Positions 29,103 through 42,230 of a stretch of DNA of 64,000 nucleotides are shown here, piece by piece. The translations under genes and the position numbers were made by a program. The stretch covers positions 1,054,001 to 1,118,000 of the forward strand of contig OX597823.1 in NCBI GenBank assembly GCA_951406725.2, given 5' to 3'. Under the pieces are notes generated by a model. It had not been told where the DNA came from. It saw only the letters and a program-made list of their open reading frames with translations, and did not search any database. The DNA is from Octopus vulgaris (lineage: Eukaryota). Position 1 is the first letter of the stretch, and every line of letters begins with the position of its first letter.

Positions 29103-29290
29103 CATTTACTTGTTTCAGTCACTTGACAGTGGCCACGCTGGAGTACAACCCTTTAGTCGAAGAAATTGACCCCTGGACTTATTCCCTATAAGCTTGGTGC
29201 TTATTCTATCAGTCTCTTTTGCTGAACAGCTAAATTACAGAGACGCAAACACACCAGCAGTGGTGGTGTTGGCGCAAACACAGACACACA
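29103..29290 (-). mobile_element. SINE family A 3' half
   Basis: ttacttgtttcagtc..ctttagtcga..cttattctatc, reverse of 17640-17790. Confidence 0.7.
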
Positions 29291-29655
29291 GACACACAGA
29301 CACAGACACACACACACACACACACACACATACATACATACATACATACTTACGCACACACACACACACACACATATATGACAGGGTTGGAAATAGTGGT
29401 GTTGCTGGCTGGTGCGATTTTATGGTTTGCTGGTATGCCGAGAGAGATCCAGTGGGCCCCTAACTGGTTCCCCGACCTTAAAGGTGTAATGTGGATGTGT
29501 AATGACGGAGCGGCTGGTGTGGTGGTGATGTTAGCTGGTGCGGTGGTCTTCTTCACAGTTCTTCATGGTAGACAATATTTTGTGTGTACGTCACACCACG
29601 TTTTTGGCCTTGTTTGTTATCCCAATTGAGTGTCATAACTCTTACTTTGCTATTG

Positions 29656-30050
29656 TTCATAGCTCGTGCTCTTGAAAATACGACATATAATTGGCCATGA
29701 GAAAATACCCGTTCAGGCAAATGTATTCCAACTTTTCAAATGTTTGCCCTTCAGCCTTATTAATTGTCATTGAATCTGCAAGTCGAAGTGGAAACTGAAG
29801 TCTGTTCAGTGTGAATGGAATATTTGCATCAGTTGGGCCAAGTCTAATTCTGGGAATTAGAACTGTACGACCTCTGTTGGAGCCGGCTACCAATGATGCC
29901 TCTACACAATGTTCATGAAGACTTTGCATTTTTCATGCGAGTTCCATTACATAATCCTTGACTGATCTAAATATCTCTTAGCAGCATTACAATAGCCCCA
30001 ACTTTTAAGTTGAGACGATGAGGAGGCATATCGGATGGAGTGAGGAACTA
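29656..30050 (-). pseudogene. Helitron PIF1-like helicase C-terminal fragment
   Basis: PSDMPPHRLNLKVGAIVMLLR, GLCNGTR, VLIPRIRL, RLQFPLRLADSMTINKAEGQT, VFSHGQLYV. Confidence 0.88.
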
Positions 30051-30779
30051 AACAAGGGATTATACATATGTTAACTAATTAGCTCGAGACCGCTTCATCG
30101 ATGTCAGTCTTCAGAATCAGTCTTGTCGTGTTGTGGACTTTTATGTTGACCAAAAATAGAATATTGTCCGATGTGTACAATCTCGAGAATTGTGTGCGAA
30201 TTGCATTGAACTGGGTCGTAAACTTGAGATGGACATCCGGTTTCACTTGAATTCGTTGAAGCTAAATAACGAAGCGTGAAATGAAGATAAAAAGTGTAAG
30301 AGATACCAAAGAAAGGGGCATCGGTGGAAATGGGGGCCATGAGCATCAGTTTCTGGGTTAATCTGGTTAAAGTTTGAAATGTAATCGCTGACATATTTTG
30401 ATTATCAGGATTAATCTTTAAATACAAAACTGTGATGCCGCAATGATTGTTCTAGAAGCTATCCGTTACATTAATTAGTAAACGAAGAGTTCCAAAGAAA
30501 TCCCGTCGTTCCCTATTTTCTGCTACTTTTTTCATTTTAATCAATCTCGGAAGAATTTATCTTAATAAACAACAAAATAAGCAACTAATCGATTGTTCGA
30601 TCAATGAATGGCTATTGGCTAACAGCGATTAATAAATTCGATCAACAATCAAAATTACTTTTTAATTTATTAACGAACCGATAAGCAACTTCAAAAACTC
30701 CGAGAAAATATCTATAAGTAGGCGTTGGTTAAATGACATACAATGCGCGCGCACTCACACGTGTGTGTATACAGAGATG

Positions 30780-31672
30780 CAGGGTACAATGGGTAAATTG
30801 TCACAGTTTTATATTTTAATTTCGCACATGCGCATTGTTTGTTTTTGATTTTGTCAACTACACCATATGGTACGGTCAGCTGGGCACCGTATGTCAGAAG
30901 AACAGCACCATGACGCAATTCACTCTGCCAGAAATTTGGAAACGACATGCTTCACTGCTTAGCATTCGCGCCAGAAGCTCCAATACGAACATTTCAGAGT
31001 GTTTGGGTGTCAATCTGGGGAGAGAGTCAATCTGAGGAGAGTGTCAATCTGAGGACCTGTACTGAGAGAGATAAAAATCAAACATCCTGTCAACATCATG
31101 ATGCTTGGAGTGATCACTGGTGATGGTGACGTTATACTTCCCCTCATCTTCCCACACGGTCGCACACTCAACACGGAGGCCTACATCAAGTGTCTGGAGG
31201 AGGTAGTGCTGCCCTGGGTCAAGAGGGTGGCTGCTGGAAGACCCTACGTCTGGCAACAGGACTCTGCACCATGCCACACAAACAGGAGAACCCAGTCATG
31301 GCCGTCAGACAATTTCTGCGACCACATCACCGTTAACGTTTGGCCAACTAACTCCTCAGAATACAGTCCCCTTGTTTATTATGTGTGGAGTGCGGTTGAG
31401 CGAGAGACGAATAAAACTCCTTGTAACACCAAGGATTATGGCAGCATTCCCCAACTTAAACAAGGAGACCGTCTAGAAGAGTTCCAGGAGATTCTGAAGT
31501 CGCCTGGAGGTCGTGGTTGAAACCAATGGCGATTTTCTGAAATAAATTTACGTTTTAGTATTTCAAGATATTTTCATGTAATTTTGGTAAATATATCTGC
31601 TAAGATGAGATGTCAGTGTTATTTTCAATTTTGCGTAATTTAGTCGGCGTTTTATTCACCGTGCTTTATGTA
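30780..31672 (+). mobile_element. Internally deleted maT (DD37D-type) Tc1/mariner transposon
   Basis: MMLGVITGDG..PLIFPHG..LNTEAYIKCLEEVVLPW..YVWQQDSAPCHT..WPTNSSEYSPLVYYVW; degenerate TIR-like ends. Confidence 0.8.
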
Positions 31673-31910
31673 TGTGTGTGTATGTGTGTCTATAGCAGTG
31701 ATAAGAGAGGTATTGGTATCCAGAAGAGCCAAGATGGCAGATAAGGCTATGTAAGTGCTATGGGAGGACCGTAGTTAGACTCTCGGTTCGATAATAATGC
31801 GAATGAGGAGTCTAATGCGGATCTTGTGTGAGCATATATATGTTAAATAAAATGAGACAACAAAGCCAAGGCTGTGTGGGATTCTCAGGACATTTATAAA
31901 GAGAAAGGTA

Positions 31911-31957
31911 GTCTTACAGCTGTTTCTGGGATATTACAGATATCCCTTCATCAGAAC
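31911..31957 (-). ncRNA. Canonical minimal hammerhead ribozyme in a TA-anchored solo pLTR (~31840-32150)
   Basis: Minus: CTGATGA-a-gggatat(ctgta)atatccc-a-GAAA-cagctg-TA-agac; palindromic helix III; helix I weak. Confidence 0.8.
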
Positions 31958-32155
31958 ACGATATGAGAGAGTTGAGTAGAGGGAAATAGCAGAGTTCAAT
32001 ATAAGGAGTTATTTTGGAAAAGGATGGATGTAGGAAGTATAAAAGGAAATAAGAGAATAAAAATAAAAGTAAAAAAAATATGTAGGATGTAACAGTTGCA
32101 GTTCCATTATCCATGGAGAAAGCTGTGTAGAATGGGTGGAAACGCTTATTGTCCA

Positions 32156-32189
<34 letters not shown>

Positions 32190-32236
32190 CACATACACAC
32201 ACACACGCACACACGCACACACACACACACACACAG

Positions 32237-32267
<31 letters not shown>

Positions 32268-33510
32268 TATATATCAACATGTGTATATGTATGGTGATGC
32301 AAACAGGAAAAATAGAACTCAAAATATGAGTATATATATATTTGTGTATAGGTGTTTGCATATTTATGTTTCTATATGTATATATACATTCATACATGCA
32401 TAAAAATCATGTATGCATACACACACACGCACACACACAGTCGCACTTACACACACAGTCGCACTTACACACCTCCTCCTCCTCTCTCTCCCCCTCTCTC
32501 TCTGCCTTTCTTTAACGTCACCAGCAGAACATCACCCCTCTGCTAAAATTATATTTTTAACTTTCCTACTCTAATTTCAACTTACTTTTTAAACCACGTC
32601 GTACACATTACATTCCCCCCACCTCACGTCATGGACACTTCTCTCGCCCTCTTTCCCTTTCTCCCTCTTTCTGTCTCACTCTTCACCTTATCCTCTTCTT
32701 TCTCCTCTTTCTTTCCTCTCTCTTTCCCCCCTTCAACTAATCACGTGAAAGCATTACAATTGCATTCCTTCTCCCTCTCACGTCATGAATGCTTCCACCT
32801 CCCTCTTTTTGTCACCTTTTCTTTCTTTCCCCCCTTTCTCTAATCACATGAAAGCGTTACCGACGGGCTAAGTAACGCAATGACAAGCAGAATTATTATA
32901 AGATATTTGCAAACACCTGTTTGGATACATACATACATACATACATACATACATACATAATACATACATAGGTACATACATATATACACACATACATACA
33001 TACATACGTAGGTACATACATATATACACAGATACATACATACGTACGTACATATATACGAAGGTATATACATAGATACATACTTAAATTCATATATACA
33101 AACGCACGCCCACACATGCGTAAAAACACACACATACATACTGACACTTGCAATGACACTGCGTAAGTGTCTTCGACAAGATAATACCACGCAGTACGGC
33201 ATCTCTAAGCAAGCTGCAAAAAGAAAATTTGAGATCATTTTAAAGATATTTGTCTGCAATTAACTTTAAGATGTATAATTTAGAGAATTAATTTAAATTT
33301 ATTGCTGATTCAGCTCGTAGTCAGTGGTGAATGCATGTTTATTACGTAGAAAAATAGTCATTAGATCGATTTTTGAACAAGAAAACGGAGATTGAGTCTA
33401 ATTTGCAAAAGCACGAATCGCCGATTTGTTTAAATATGTAAACATGGAGTCGCTCTTTCACAGTGTCAGTTAATAAAATATTGAAATTAGACGCACACAT
33501 TGACACGTAC

Positions 33511-33541
<31 letters not shown>

Positions 33542-33624
33542 CGTGTGTATACACACGTGTGGGTGTATAAACATATGTGTAAACGTGTATTGACATATAT
33601 ACATTTGTATATATGTATATGCAT

Positions 33625-33785
33625 ACGCATATTTTCTCTCCCTGTTTATTTCTGTGTTCCTTTCTGTCGAAGAGCGTAGGTTCGAAATGTAAAAGACTTT
33701 CTCACTTCCCGAGCGTTAAACTATACATCTCTTTGTTGTTTACACACCCGTCTTCGTCTTTTGTTTCTTTTTTGTAAATTCTCAT
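33625..33785 (+). mobile_element. Solo pLTR with HHR variant (CUGUCGA) at 33660-33695
   Basis: cttt-CTGTCGA-a-gagc(gtag)gttc-GAAA-tg-TA-aaag; same family as 53797 and 62200; ends at TA. Confidence 0.75.
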
Positions 33786-33868
33786 ATATATATGCATATG
33801 TATATATGCGTATGTATGTATGTATGTATGTATGTATGTATGTATGTATGTATGTATGTATGTATGTA

Positions 33869-33908
<40 letters not shown>

Positions 33909-33961
33909 CATACATACATACATACATACATACATACATACATACATACATACATAAATAC

Positions 33962-33992
<31 letters not shown>

Positions 33993-34127
33993 AATTTATA
34001 TGAATAAGGATAAGATCGTTATTCAAAATACCGATCATATTAAGTTGCTAGCATGGAAATAAAAACCTCCTAGGGAGTAATTGTTATTAAAATTATAATT
34101 TAGAGTATCCAAAAGATACCACCATGC

Positions 34128-34352
34128 TAGATATAGCAGTCAAAACTTGACTCTAAAGACACATCAAATATTCATACAGCACCAGGAGAGAAGACAAAGA
34201 AACAAAATAAACTAGCAAAACATTATTGGATCTCTGAAAGCGGAGGAGCGTCTCATGGGAAAACAAATAATATTTTGTCTCTTTGTCTTCTCTCCTGGTG
34301 CTCTATGAATATTTGATGTGGTTTTAGAGACAAGGTTTGACTGCTATATCTA
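34128..34352. repeat. Inverted repeat (~80-bp arms, ~60-bp spacer) within a TA-flanked element (~33990-34355)
   Basis: tagatatagcagtcaaa..aagacaaagaaacaaaata versus tattttgtctctttgtctt..tttgactgctatatcta. Confidence 0.9.
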
Positions 34353-34429
34353 ATTTTATATATATATATACGCGCATACATATAAACATGCATATATCTT
34401 TGTATATACCCTCTTCCCCCTTATCCTCA

Positions 34430-34790
34430 TCCTCATCATGGCTACTTTAGATTCCCAAGGGAACATAGGCACCTCATTGTAGTTTTCCAGCGCATTCTGT
34501 CTTGTGTTTTTCTCTTCCCTTGGTTCTTGTCTGATTAAGTCCTCTTCTGCGGATCACTATCCCATTCGGGCGTTCTACCCTCTTTGTTCTTTCTGAATTC
34601 CAATCCAAGGCTTGGAATGCCACTCCTGCTCTTTCTAACATAGAATTTGTCCATCTCTGGTCCCAGTCTTTTATTTGTTTCAACATATGTGCTTTCAATA
34701 AGAGATCTTCATCACTAACAATTTCTCCATATCTAAACCGTAAGAAGTTTTTGGGACAGATGGTCCTCAATGTTGGGACCTTCAAAGATC
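34430..34790 (-). pseudogene. Degenerate RTE-like LINE 3' end
   Basis: IVSDEDLL..QIK..RW..AFQALDWNSERTKRVERP resembles the RTE ORF C-terminus. Confidence 0.5.
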
Positions 34791-34975
34791 CATTGAACCC
34801 AAATAAGTTTTACCAGCTTGACTCATTTTCCAAAGTCTCGCTTCGACGTCCTCCTTTCTACTTTTTGTAATAAATACTACGATTCCTTGATTCTTAAATT
34901 GTTACGTTTCGTTCAGCGAGTAATTTTCAATTATTACTGTAGCAGGACCATCGTCTTGAATTTTTATAATTTCTG

Positions 34976-35056
<81 letters not shown>

Positions 35057-35614
35057 AGACATCGAAACTGGCATTATTTAAGATCGTGTGGACCACGATG
35101 ATGACAGCGATGTTCTGACAAACTCGTTTCATAAGTGGTCTTCATAATTTACGTAGGGAAATACATAAATTCTATCAAGTGCAACGTTTACACTTCGTTG
35201 ATCACAGATTTTAGGTTAGACCTAACTTCTATCTCGTTTGCCTCATTCCTATCTCAACTTTATACTTTCTTGAATACTTCGTTCTTACACTTCCAATTTA
35301 ACGACCGTCGCTTAACACCAGTTCGTTAAGTCGTTTTCCCCAACATCAACGCGTCCGCTTTCCCGTTCTTCCATTTCTAGTCTCTCCTATGTTCAATTGA
35401 GCTGACAAATAAATGTACAAATGCTATGAGATGCATTCATTGCTCACTCAATTTGTTATAAGTTAATTGTGTGCGAAATCAGGAGAAACTAATATTAGCT
35501 TTATCCAGTTTAATCCATGGTTGAGCCTACAAAGAAGAGAAAACAGAAAATATAAATGAATGAATAAACGGGTATCTAACACTTTTCGTAGGCTTACTGT
35601 ATGTGTGTATGTAT

Positions 35615-35671
<57 letters not shown>

Positions 35672-36199
35672 CATATATATCCATTCATACACACACATAC
35701 ATATAGATATATACGTTTACACATACATAAATATATGTATTTATCAAAATTTGTACACACAAACACTCATATTATTTAATAAACACAATATATGTATTTA
35801 TGTGTTACTATTAGTTTCATGCGATTAGAGCATGCCAGACAGTATTTTTTAACATTTATGATATCTCAACGCAATCTTCAGGCGCTGTCTACATGGCACA
35901 ACAAATTAAAAATTGGACGATAAGATGAGAGAAAAAGAAAGAAAAGGCGAGAAAAGGCGAGAAAGAAGTGGATATAAAAGGTGGAAGGATCAAAATTCGG
36001 AAAACGATAATCAAAACAGCAAGTTTTTCAACCATCTACCCTCTATATTTACTTTTTTCCCGCCTTTGCCTTTTCTTTCGTACTATTGTCCCATTTTTAG
36101 TTTGTTTTGCCATCAGGGCAATGCCTAAAGATTGCGCTCATACATCAGACGTTAAAAATACTGTAAATGTATGATTATATATATGTATGTGTATGTATG

Positions 36200-36247
<48 letters not shown>

Positions 36248-36344
36248 AATGAGGTAATCAGATCGGATGGTTCATATTTATAGATATTTATTTATATATT
36301 ACATTTTTTACATATATATCATATCATTCAGATCATATCATTCG

Positions 36345-36383
36345 GATTAGCGCTTTCTCCCAATCCAGTGGGGTTTTCAAATC
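36345..36383 (-). ncRNA. Minimal hammerhead, U3-A8 variant, in a TA-anchored pLTR (~36240-36470)
   Basis: Minus: gat-TTGAAAA-c-ccca(ctggat)tggg-a-GAAA-gcgc-TA-atc. Confidence 0.75.
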
Positions 36384-36483
36384 AAATCAATTCCTTTGTG
36401 GGGAATTTGAACATTTTATAGTTTCGTAGTAGTGGGGAGGAATAAGACAGTATAAAAGGGTGAGGAGGAAAACATGTGTGTAT

Positions 36484-36528
<45 letters not shown>

Positions 36529-36849
36529 TGTGTGTGTATGTGTGTGTGTGTGTGTGTGTGCGTTTGTATCTGAGAGGGAAGAAGAAGTATTATTTCCGTT
36601 GGCCTACTGGACCTCCTGTGGTTTTCTAAGAATTTTGGCTCTGCTCTCTGTCCAGTCTCGTGTCACTGAGTGTGTGTTGTGCGTAGGCTGGCCGGACAAA
36701 TGTCATTTGGGGTCACACTTTCTATGATCGTTTTGTGGAGGTGTGTGTGTGTGTGTGTGTGTGTGTCCGTGTGTGTTTTTGTGTGCGTGTGTGTGTGTGT
36801 GTCTCTGTGTGTACATACATACATACATACACATACATACATATATATT

Positions 36850-37218
36850 CTTTTACTTGTTTCAGTTATTTGACTGCGGCCATACTGAAGTACCGCCTTT
36901 AGTCGAACAAATCGACAACAGGATTTATTCTTTGTAAGCTTAGTACTTATTCTATCTGGCCCTTTGTCGAACCGCTAAGTTACGAGGACGTAAGCATAAA
37001 ACATCGGTTGTCAAGGATGGTGGTGGGACAAACACGGACACACAAATTCACACACCCATATATATACGGGACGACCAAAGCCTTCTGAGTGGATTTGGTA
37101 CACGGAAACTGAAAGAAGCTTTGGTCGGCCTGAGGCTATAATAGAAGATACTTGCCCATGGTACTACGCAGTGCGACTGAACCCTGAACCATGTGGTTGG
37201 GAAGCAATCATCTTACCA
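36850..37218 (-). mobile_element. SINE family A copy (central part appears rearranged)
   Basis: Tail cttttacttgtttcagt at left, head ttaccacacagccactcc..cgccta at right. Confidence 0.8.
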
Positions 37219-37219
37219 C

Positions 37220-37665
37220 ACAGCCACTCCAACGCCTATAATAACTATAATTATATATTATTTATATAATAATAATATATCCTCCATTTAGGATTGACTG
37301 AAAAAAAGACGAGTCGGACCACTGGGAATTGAACGCGACATCAATGCTTACATGGCTCCGTACGCACTTACTTCTGCCACATAGCCCACCCATCAGTTTC
37401 AGCCAAATTTAATGTATTGATAATTTTTAGTCTTGTGGGCTATGTGGCTGAATTGAGTGCGTAGGGAGCCATGTAAGCATTGATGTCGCGTTCAATTCCC
37501 AGTGGTCCGACTCAACGTTTTTCAGTCAATCGTTTAGGTTTAGTCGCTCAACATGGAGAATACGTTATATAAATAATATATAATTGCAGTTATTATTAAA
37601 AGGAACCGATGTGTGTCGCTCTTCTTCGTCATTTAAAGCTTTCGGGTTTGTTTATAAATTTATAA
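37220..37665 (+). mobile_element. tRNA-like-headed short element ending in (TA)n, with inverted 5' duplication
   Basis: Arms 37292-37389 and 37435-37531; A-box-like tggctgaattg and B-box-like gttcaattccc; direct copy at 38031. Confidence 0.75.
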
Positions 37666-37691
37666 ATATATATAATAGACTAAAATTATCC

Positions 37692-37950
37692 ATACGTGGT
37701 CTGATCAATAAGTATCAGGACTCATTACATAGTAACAAAGCTAAAGCACGCAGAATAAAGCCACTGGGCGCACTAAGATTTAATATTCTATCTCACTTCC
37801 GATGTTTACAGCTGTGCTTGCAAGGAACGTGTGTAGCATGTGATCGACGCATTGACCATGACAGAGAAAGCTGAGCTGAGAATATGCATCAAATTTTGCC
37901 AAAAACTTGGCGACACCTGCTCAGAGGCGAACTCAAAATTTTCAAAAGGT
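37692..37950 (+). mobile_element. mariner 5' fragment (TIR and transposase N-terminus)
   Basis: ta-cgtggtctgatcaataagtatc TIR-like end; MTEKAELRICIKFCQKLGDTCSEA. Confidence 0.7.
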
Positions 37951-38030
37951 TTTTATTGTTCTCGACGCAATCAAGGAGATCTTATGCAACTGAAACCCGG
38001 ATCTCACATTAATATTGTCTAAAATTGATG

Positions 38031-38256
38031 TGTGGGCTATGTGGCTGAAGTGAGTGCATACAAAGCCATGTAAACATTGATGTCGTGTTCAGTTCCCAGT
38101 GATTCGGCTCATCTTTTTTCAGTCAATCGTTTAGGTTTAGTCGCTCTAAATGGAAGATATATGTTATATAAATTATATAGAATTATAATTATTATTAAGT
38201 AGGACCTATGAGTGTCGCTCTTCTTCGTAATTTAGAGCCTTTGGGCTTGTTTAAGA

Positions 38257-38260
<4 letters not shown>
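38031..38260 (+). mobile_element. Second copy of the tRNA-like-headed TA-ending element
   Basis: Colinear with 37434-37662 throughout. Confidence 0.8.
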
Positions 38261-38317
<57 letters not shown>

Positions 38318-38417
38318 TATATAAATAAATATATAAAAAAGTTGAGTTGTGGGGTATCGCACGAGTGGGATTATATATGAAAAAAGGTTTGAAAATGCAA
38401 TTTAAACGATGTTTATT

Positions 38418-38460
38418 TACTTAACCGGTTTCACTCTTTGGTAAAAGATTGTCAAAAGTA
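38418..38460 (-). ncRNA. Minimal hammerhead, U3-A8 variant (left arm)
   Basis: tactt-TTGACAA-tcttt(tacc)aaaga-gt-GAAA-ccgg-TT-aagta. Confidence 0.72.
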
Positions 38461-39289
38461 ACATTGAATATTATGGGTTCAAAAAAAGTTTTTTACATAA
38501 TTGTCACATTGAATATTATGAATTCAAAAATGTTTTTTTATACATAATTGTCACATTACATGTATAAATATAGTGTTTGGTAACAGAGATATGTTAAGGG
38601 CATAAAAAAGTTCAATAGTGTGATGAGAATATTTGGAAAAATTGGCAGAAAAGAATAAAACAAATATATTATTGGAAATTTGGTTGCGTTAATTATTGGT
38701 TGTCGCAAATTGTCACATTACATGTATATATATACAGTCTTTGGTAGAAAGGACATGTTAAAGACATAAGGAAGTGTAATAGTTTGGTAAGAAAGCTTGT
38801 AATATTGACAGAGAAAATTAAAATGGATATTTTAGACATCTCAGAATATTTTGAATCGAAGGCGAGAATTTGTTTTTTACAAATTCTCGCCTTCGATTCA
38901 AAATATTCTGAGATGTCTAAAATATCCATTTTAATTTTCTCTGTCAATATTACAAGCTTTCTCACCAAACTATTACACTTCCTTATGTCTTTAACATGTC
39001 CTTTCTACCAAAGACTGTATATATATACATGTAATGTGACAATTTGCGACAACCAATAATTAACGCAACCAAATTTCCAATAATATATTTGTTTTATTCT
39101 TTTCTGCCAATTTTTCCAAATATTCTCATCACACTATTGAACTTTTTATGCCCTTAACATATCTCTGTTACCAAACACTATATTTATACATGTAATGTGA
39201 CAATTATGTATAAAAAAACATTTTTGAATTCATAATATTCAATGTGACAATTATGTAAAAAACTTTTTTGAACCCATAATATTCAATGT

Positions 39290-39332
39290 TACTTTTGACA
39301 ATCTTTTACCAAAGAGTGAAACCGGTTAAGTA
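39290..39332 (+). ncRNA. Minimal hammerhead, U3-A8 variant (right arm)
   Basis: Mirror copy of 38418-38460. Confidence 0.72.
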
Positions 39333-40124
39333 AATAAACATCGTTTAAATTGCATTTTCAAACCTTTTTTCATATAAATAAATATATATATATGTGTGAG
39401 TGTGTGTGTGTATAGATTGCTTGAAGTGGTGCACAAATTTTATATACAAAGTATTCCCTGAAAAGAGGTACTCAGGATTTTGGATAAAAACTATTTATTG
39501 AGATCTTTTGTCCCTTTTAGGGATTCATCATAAATGGTTCATGGTGATCTCCAAAAGAGACAAAAGCGCTAAAAAAAAAGGAATTAGTTTTTATCTAAAT
39601 CCTAACGTCCTCGAACAATTCCTAGCGATATCTGAAGGAAGTTTTGTATCCCGCAATATCATTATTATTATATCAGACTAAGGATAATTAAATTATAACA
39701 CTTATTATAGTCCATTGTTGTTATTACAGTGCATTGTTGTGCCATTCAAGACACAAGGGGAACAACGTCACCACGACGACTATTATCATTACTGCTATTA
39801 TTATTCGACTGCTTCAGCCACTCCAAAGAAAACAAGTCTTGACCACAATGTTTAATTTATAAAAACAGATAGCAGTAATTTGCGGTTCAACTTGTTATGC
39901 TACCAGAACTAACGGATAATACCATGTGCTCTTGCAGATAAAAGGAAAGTGAACTATGATTGTTAATCTTAATTTTAGTCTAATTTTATTATTAGCTCTT
40001 TTCTCACTACTTATTCCATTTTAGAACATATTTTTTATTAGGTTTTTCAAAAACAGAAACATTTAGAAGGAAAATTAAAATGCACCCAATTTTAAGAAAG
40101 TAGCATTTTCGTTCTTGTTTTTCG

Positions 40125-40211
<87 letters not shown>

Positions 40212-40249
40212 TATATACATGTATATATATACATATATATATATATATA

Positions 40250-40378
40250 AACTTTTCTTTTAATTTTTCTAAATTTAATTATTTAATCGTAACAGTTGAA
40301 AAGGTCTCAAATGACTGAAACCGGTACTGAAATGTTCTTTATAAAATTATTTTAGCATTTTCTATCTTGACTTGTTTT

Positions 40379-40385
<7 letters not shown>
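40250..40385 (+). mobile_element. Solo pLTR fragment of the 3712 PLE family between two (TA)n tracts, HHR at 40293-40329
   Basis: Near-identical to 5543-5677; cag-TTGAAAA-ggtc(tcaaat)gact-GAAA-ccgg-TA-ctg. Confidence 0.88.
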
Positions 40386-40432
<47 letters not shown>

Positions 40433-40630
40433 CACACACACACACACGCACGCACATACACATATATATCTATTTCAGCTGGACCGCTGAAATCTTCAAG
40501 TTTTTTTTTCATTTTTCCCGAGCATCAAACTAATACACTTGTTTCTTGTTCCTACACCTGTCTTCGTCTTTTGTTTTTCTGGCCGCGGCCTTCGGGCTAA
40601 AACATTTTTAGGGATTTTAAGGATTTATAT

Positions 40631-40860
40631 ATATATATATATATATATATACTCTTTTACTTGTTTCAATCATTTGACTGCGGTCATGCTGGAGCACCGC
40701 CTTTAGTCGAGCAAATCGACCCCAGGAGTTATTCTTTGTAAGCATAGTACTTATTCTATCGGTCTCTCTTGCTGAACCGCTAAGTTACGGGGACGTAAAC
40801 ACACCACCATCGGTTGTCAAGCGATGCTGGGGGGACAAACACAGACACACAAACAAACAC
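40631..40860 (-). mobile_element. SINE family A 3' half
   Basis: Reverse complement of 17585-17795 (starts after a TA tract). Confidence 0.8.
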
Positions 40861-40999
40861 GCTCGCGCACACACACACACACACACATACACACACACAC
40901 ATATATAAATATATATATATCTATAGACACATATATATATACATGCGTATATACATATGCACATATGTATGAGTGCATGCATGCATGAATGTATGTATG

Positions 41000-41480
41000 T
41001 TATTCAATTTTATTTCCATATTAGTTGCCAGCAGAGAACGAGTCGGTTTCCTACCTAAATCAAAGGTTCCTTTATTGGAATGTCAATAACTTCAATAGGG
41101 TATTTTTGTATGTGTGTATGTATATGTGCAGTATTTAGAGTTTTGTGTCATGCATGTATTCTCATGCATATAGTTGCATGTCTAGATATCTGCACATATA
41201 TTGAAATGTTAAACTTACAGAAAGTTTCAGAAATTTTGACAGTTCAATTGGTGGCTTGAATCTGTAACTTTTTAAATCAGCCTTCTCCATTCTGGTTTTG
41301 ATAAGCCTGTTTTTTGTTCAAGACTGGTACTCTGACAGTGTGTTACATATCCCAGTGCCCCGATAATTACAGGTATAAACCTGAACTTGTAATCCGGGTT
41401 GAGTATATTATATCAAGATTTCTTGTCAGTAGAGAAAAAAATCAGTTTTAACATAGATCCAAGTCATCTTCGTTGGAATT
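41000..41480 (-). mobile_element. 3' end of an R4/Dong-like REL LINE flanked by (CATA)n
   Basis: NPDYKFRFIPVIIGALGYVTHC, homologous to YPDYEFIFIPIIIGAL near 55010. Confidence 0.7.
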
Positions 41481-41879
41481 TGTATGTATGTATGTATGTA
41501 TGTATGTATGTATGTATGTATGTATGTATGTATGTATGTATGTATGTATGTATGTATGTATGTATGTATGTATGAATGCATGCACGTGTGTGTGTATACA
41601 ATCACGAGCTTGCGGAAAATGTTTGGATCGTTGTTGATTTTTCCTTTTTCTCAAAATTTAGTTTGTTTTCTTTTTGGATGTTTTTCAGATCATCTGTGAA
41701 TTTAGATGTGTTTCAGGTTCAGCAGTGGCTTTAATTTGATAAATCGCAGTAATGGAAACGATTGCATTAAATAGAGTTCAATGCATTTATATTAGTCGCC
41801 ATCTTGGAACATTGTGGAAAGCCCAATTGAGAAATAGTTTATTTTTCTGTATTAATCGTCAAAGAGAGAATAACATAGT

Positions 41880-42230
41880 CAAAATGTTTCGTTGAAGAGG
41901 GACATCGTTGAGTGAAGAAGAAATCTGGAAGGTAACATAAAGTTTATGAGAAGACATCGTGACCAGTTGAAAATTATTAAACATTGACTTACAACTGATA
42001 GGAAAGTTACAAATTCTTTGGATATGTCTGCATATTGTGTAAGAACAGTGTTGGAAGACGTTGGACTGAACAAAGAATTCCGAGATAGAAGTCCATGATT
42101 TGAAAGCTGATTAAAACTAAAAGATTCAGCTGGATTAAAGAATTGTGTAACAAGGACGATGAACTTAGTTCTTCGATAAAATATAATCTGACGAAAAATA
42201 ATTTCTTCAAAGGAAATATATGTTTGTGGC
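41880..42230 (+). pseudogene. Possible heavily decayed Tc1-like transposase remnant
   Basis: SAYCVRTVLEDVGL, KRFSWIKEL and a DEK-like motif across broken frames. Confidence 0.3.

Larger units (their letters stand above)
38374..39376. repeat. ~1-kb near-perfect palindrome of a PLE-type 3' UTR/pLTR
   Basis: ~500-bp arms around a 5-nt loop at 38874-38878; mirrored ORFs in the ORF track; TA-rich on both flanks. Confidence 0.97.

Noticed and set aside
38693-39059. Two mirrored 91-aa ORFs
   Set aside because: Artefact of the palindrome; no recognisable domain
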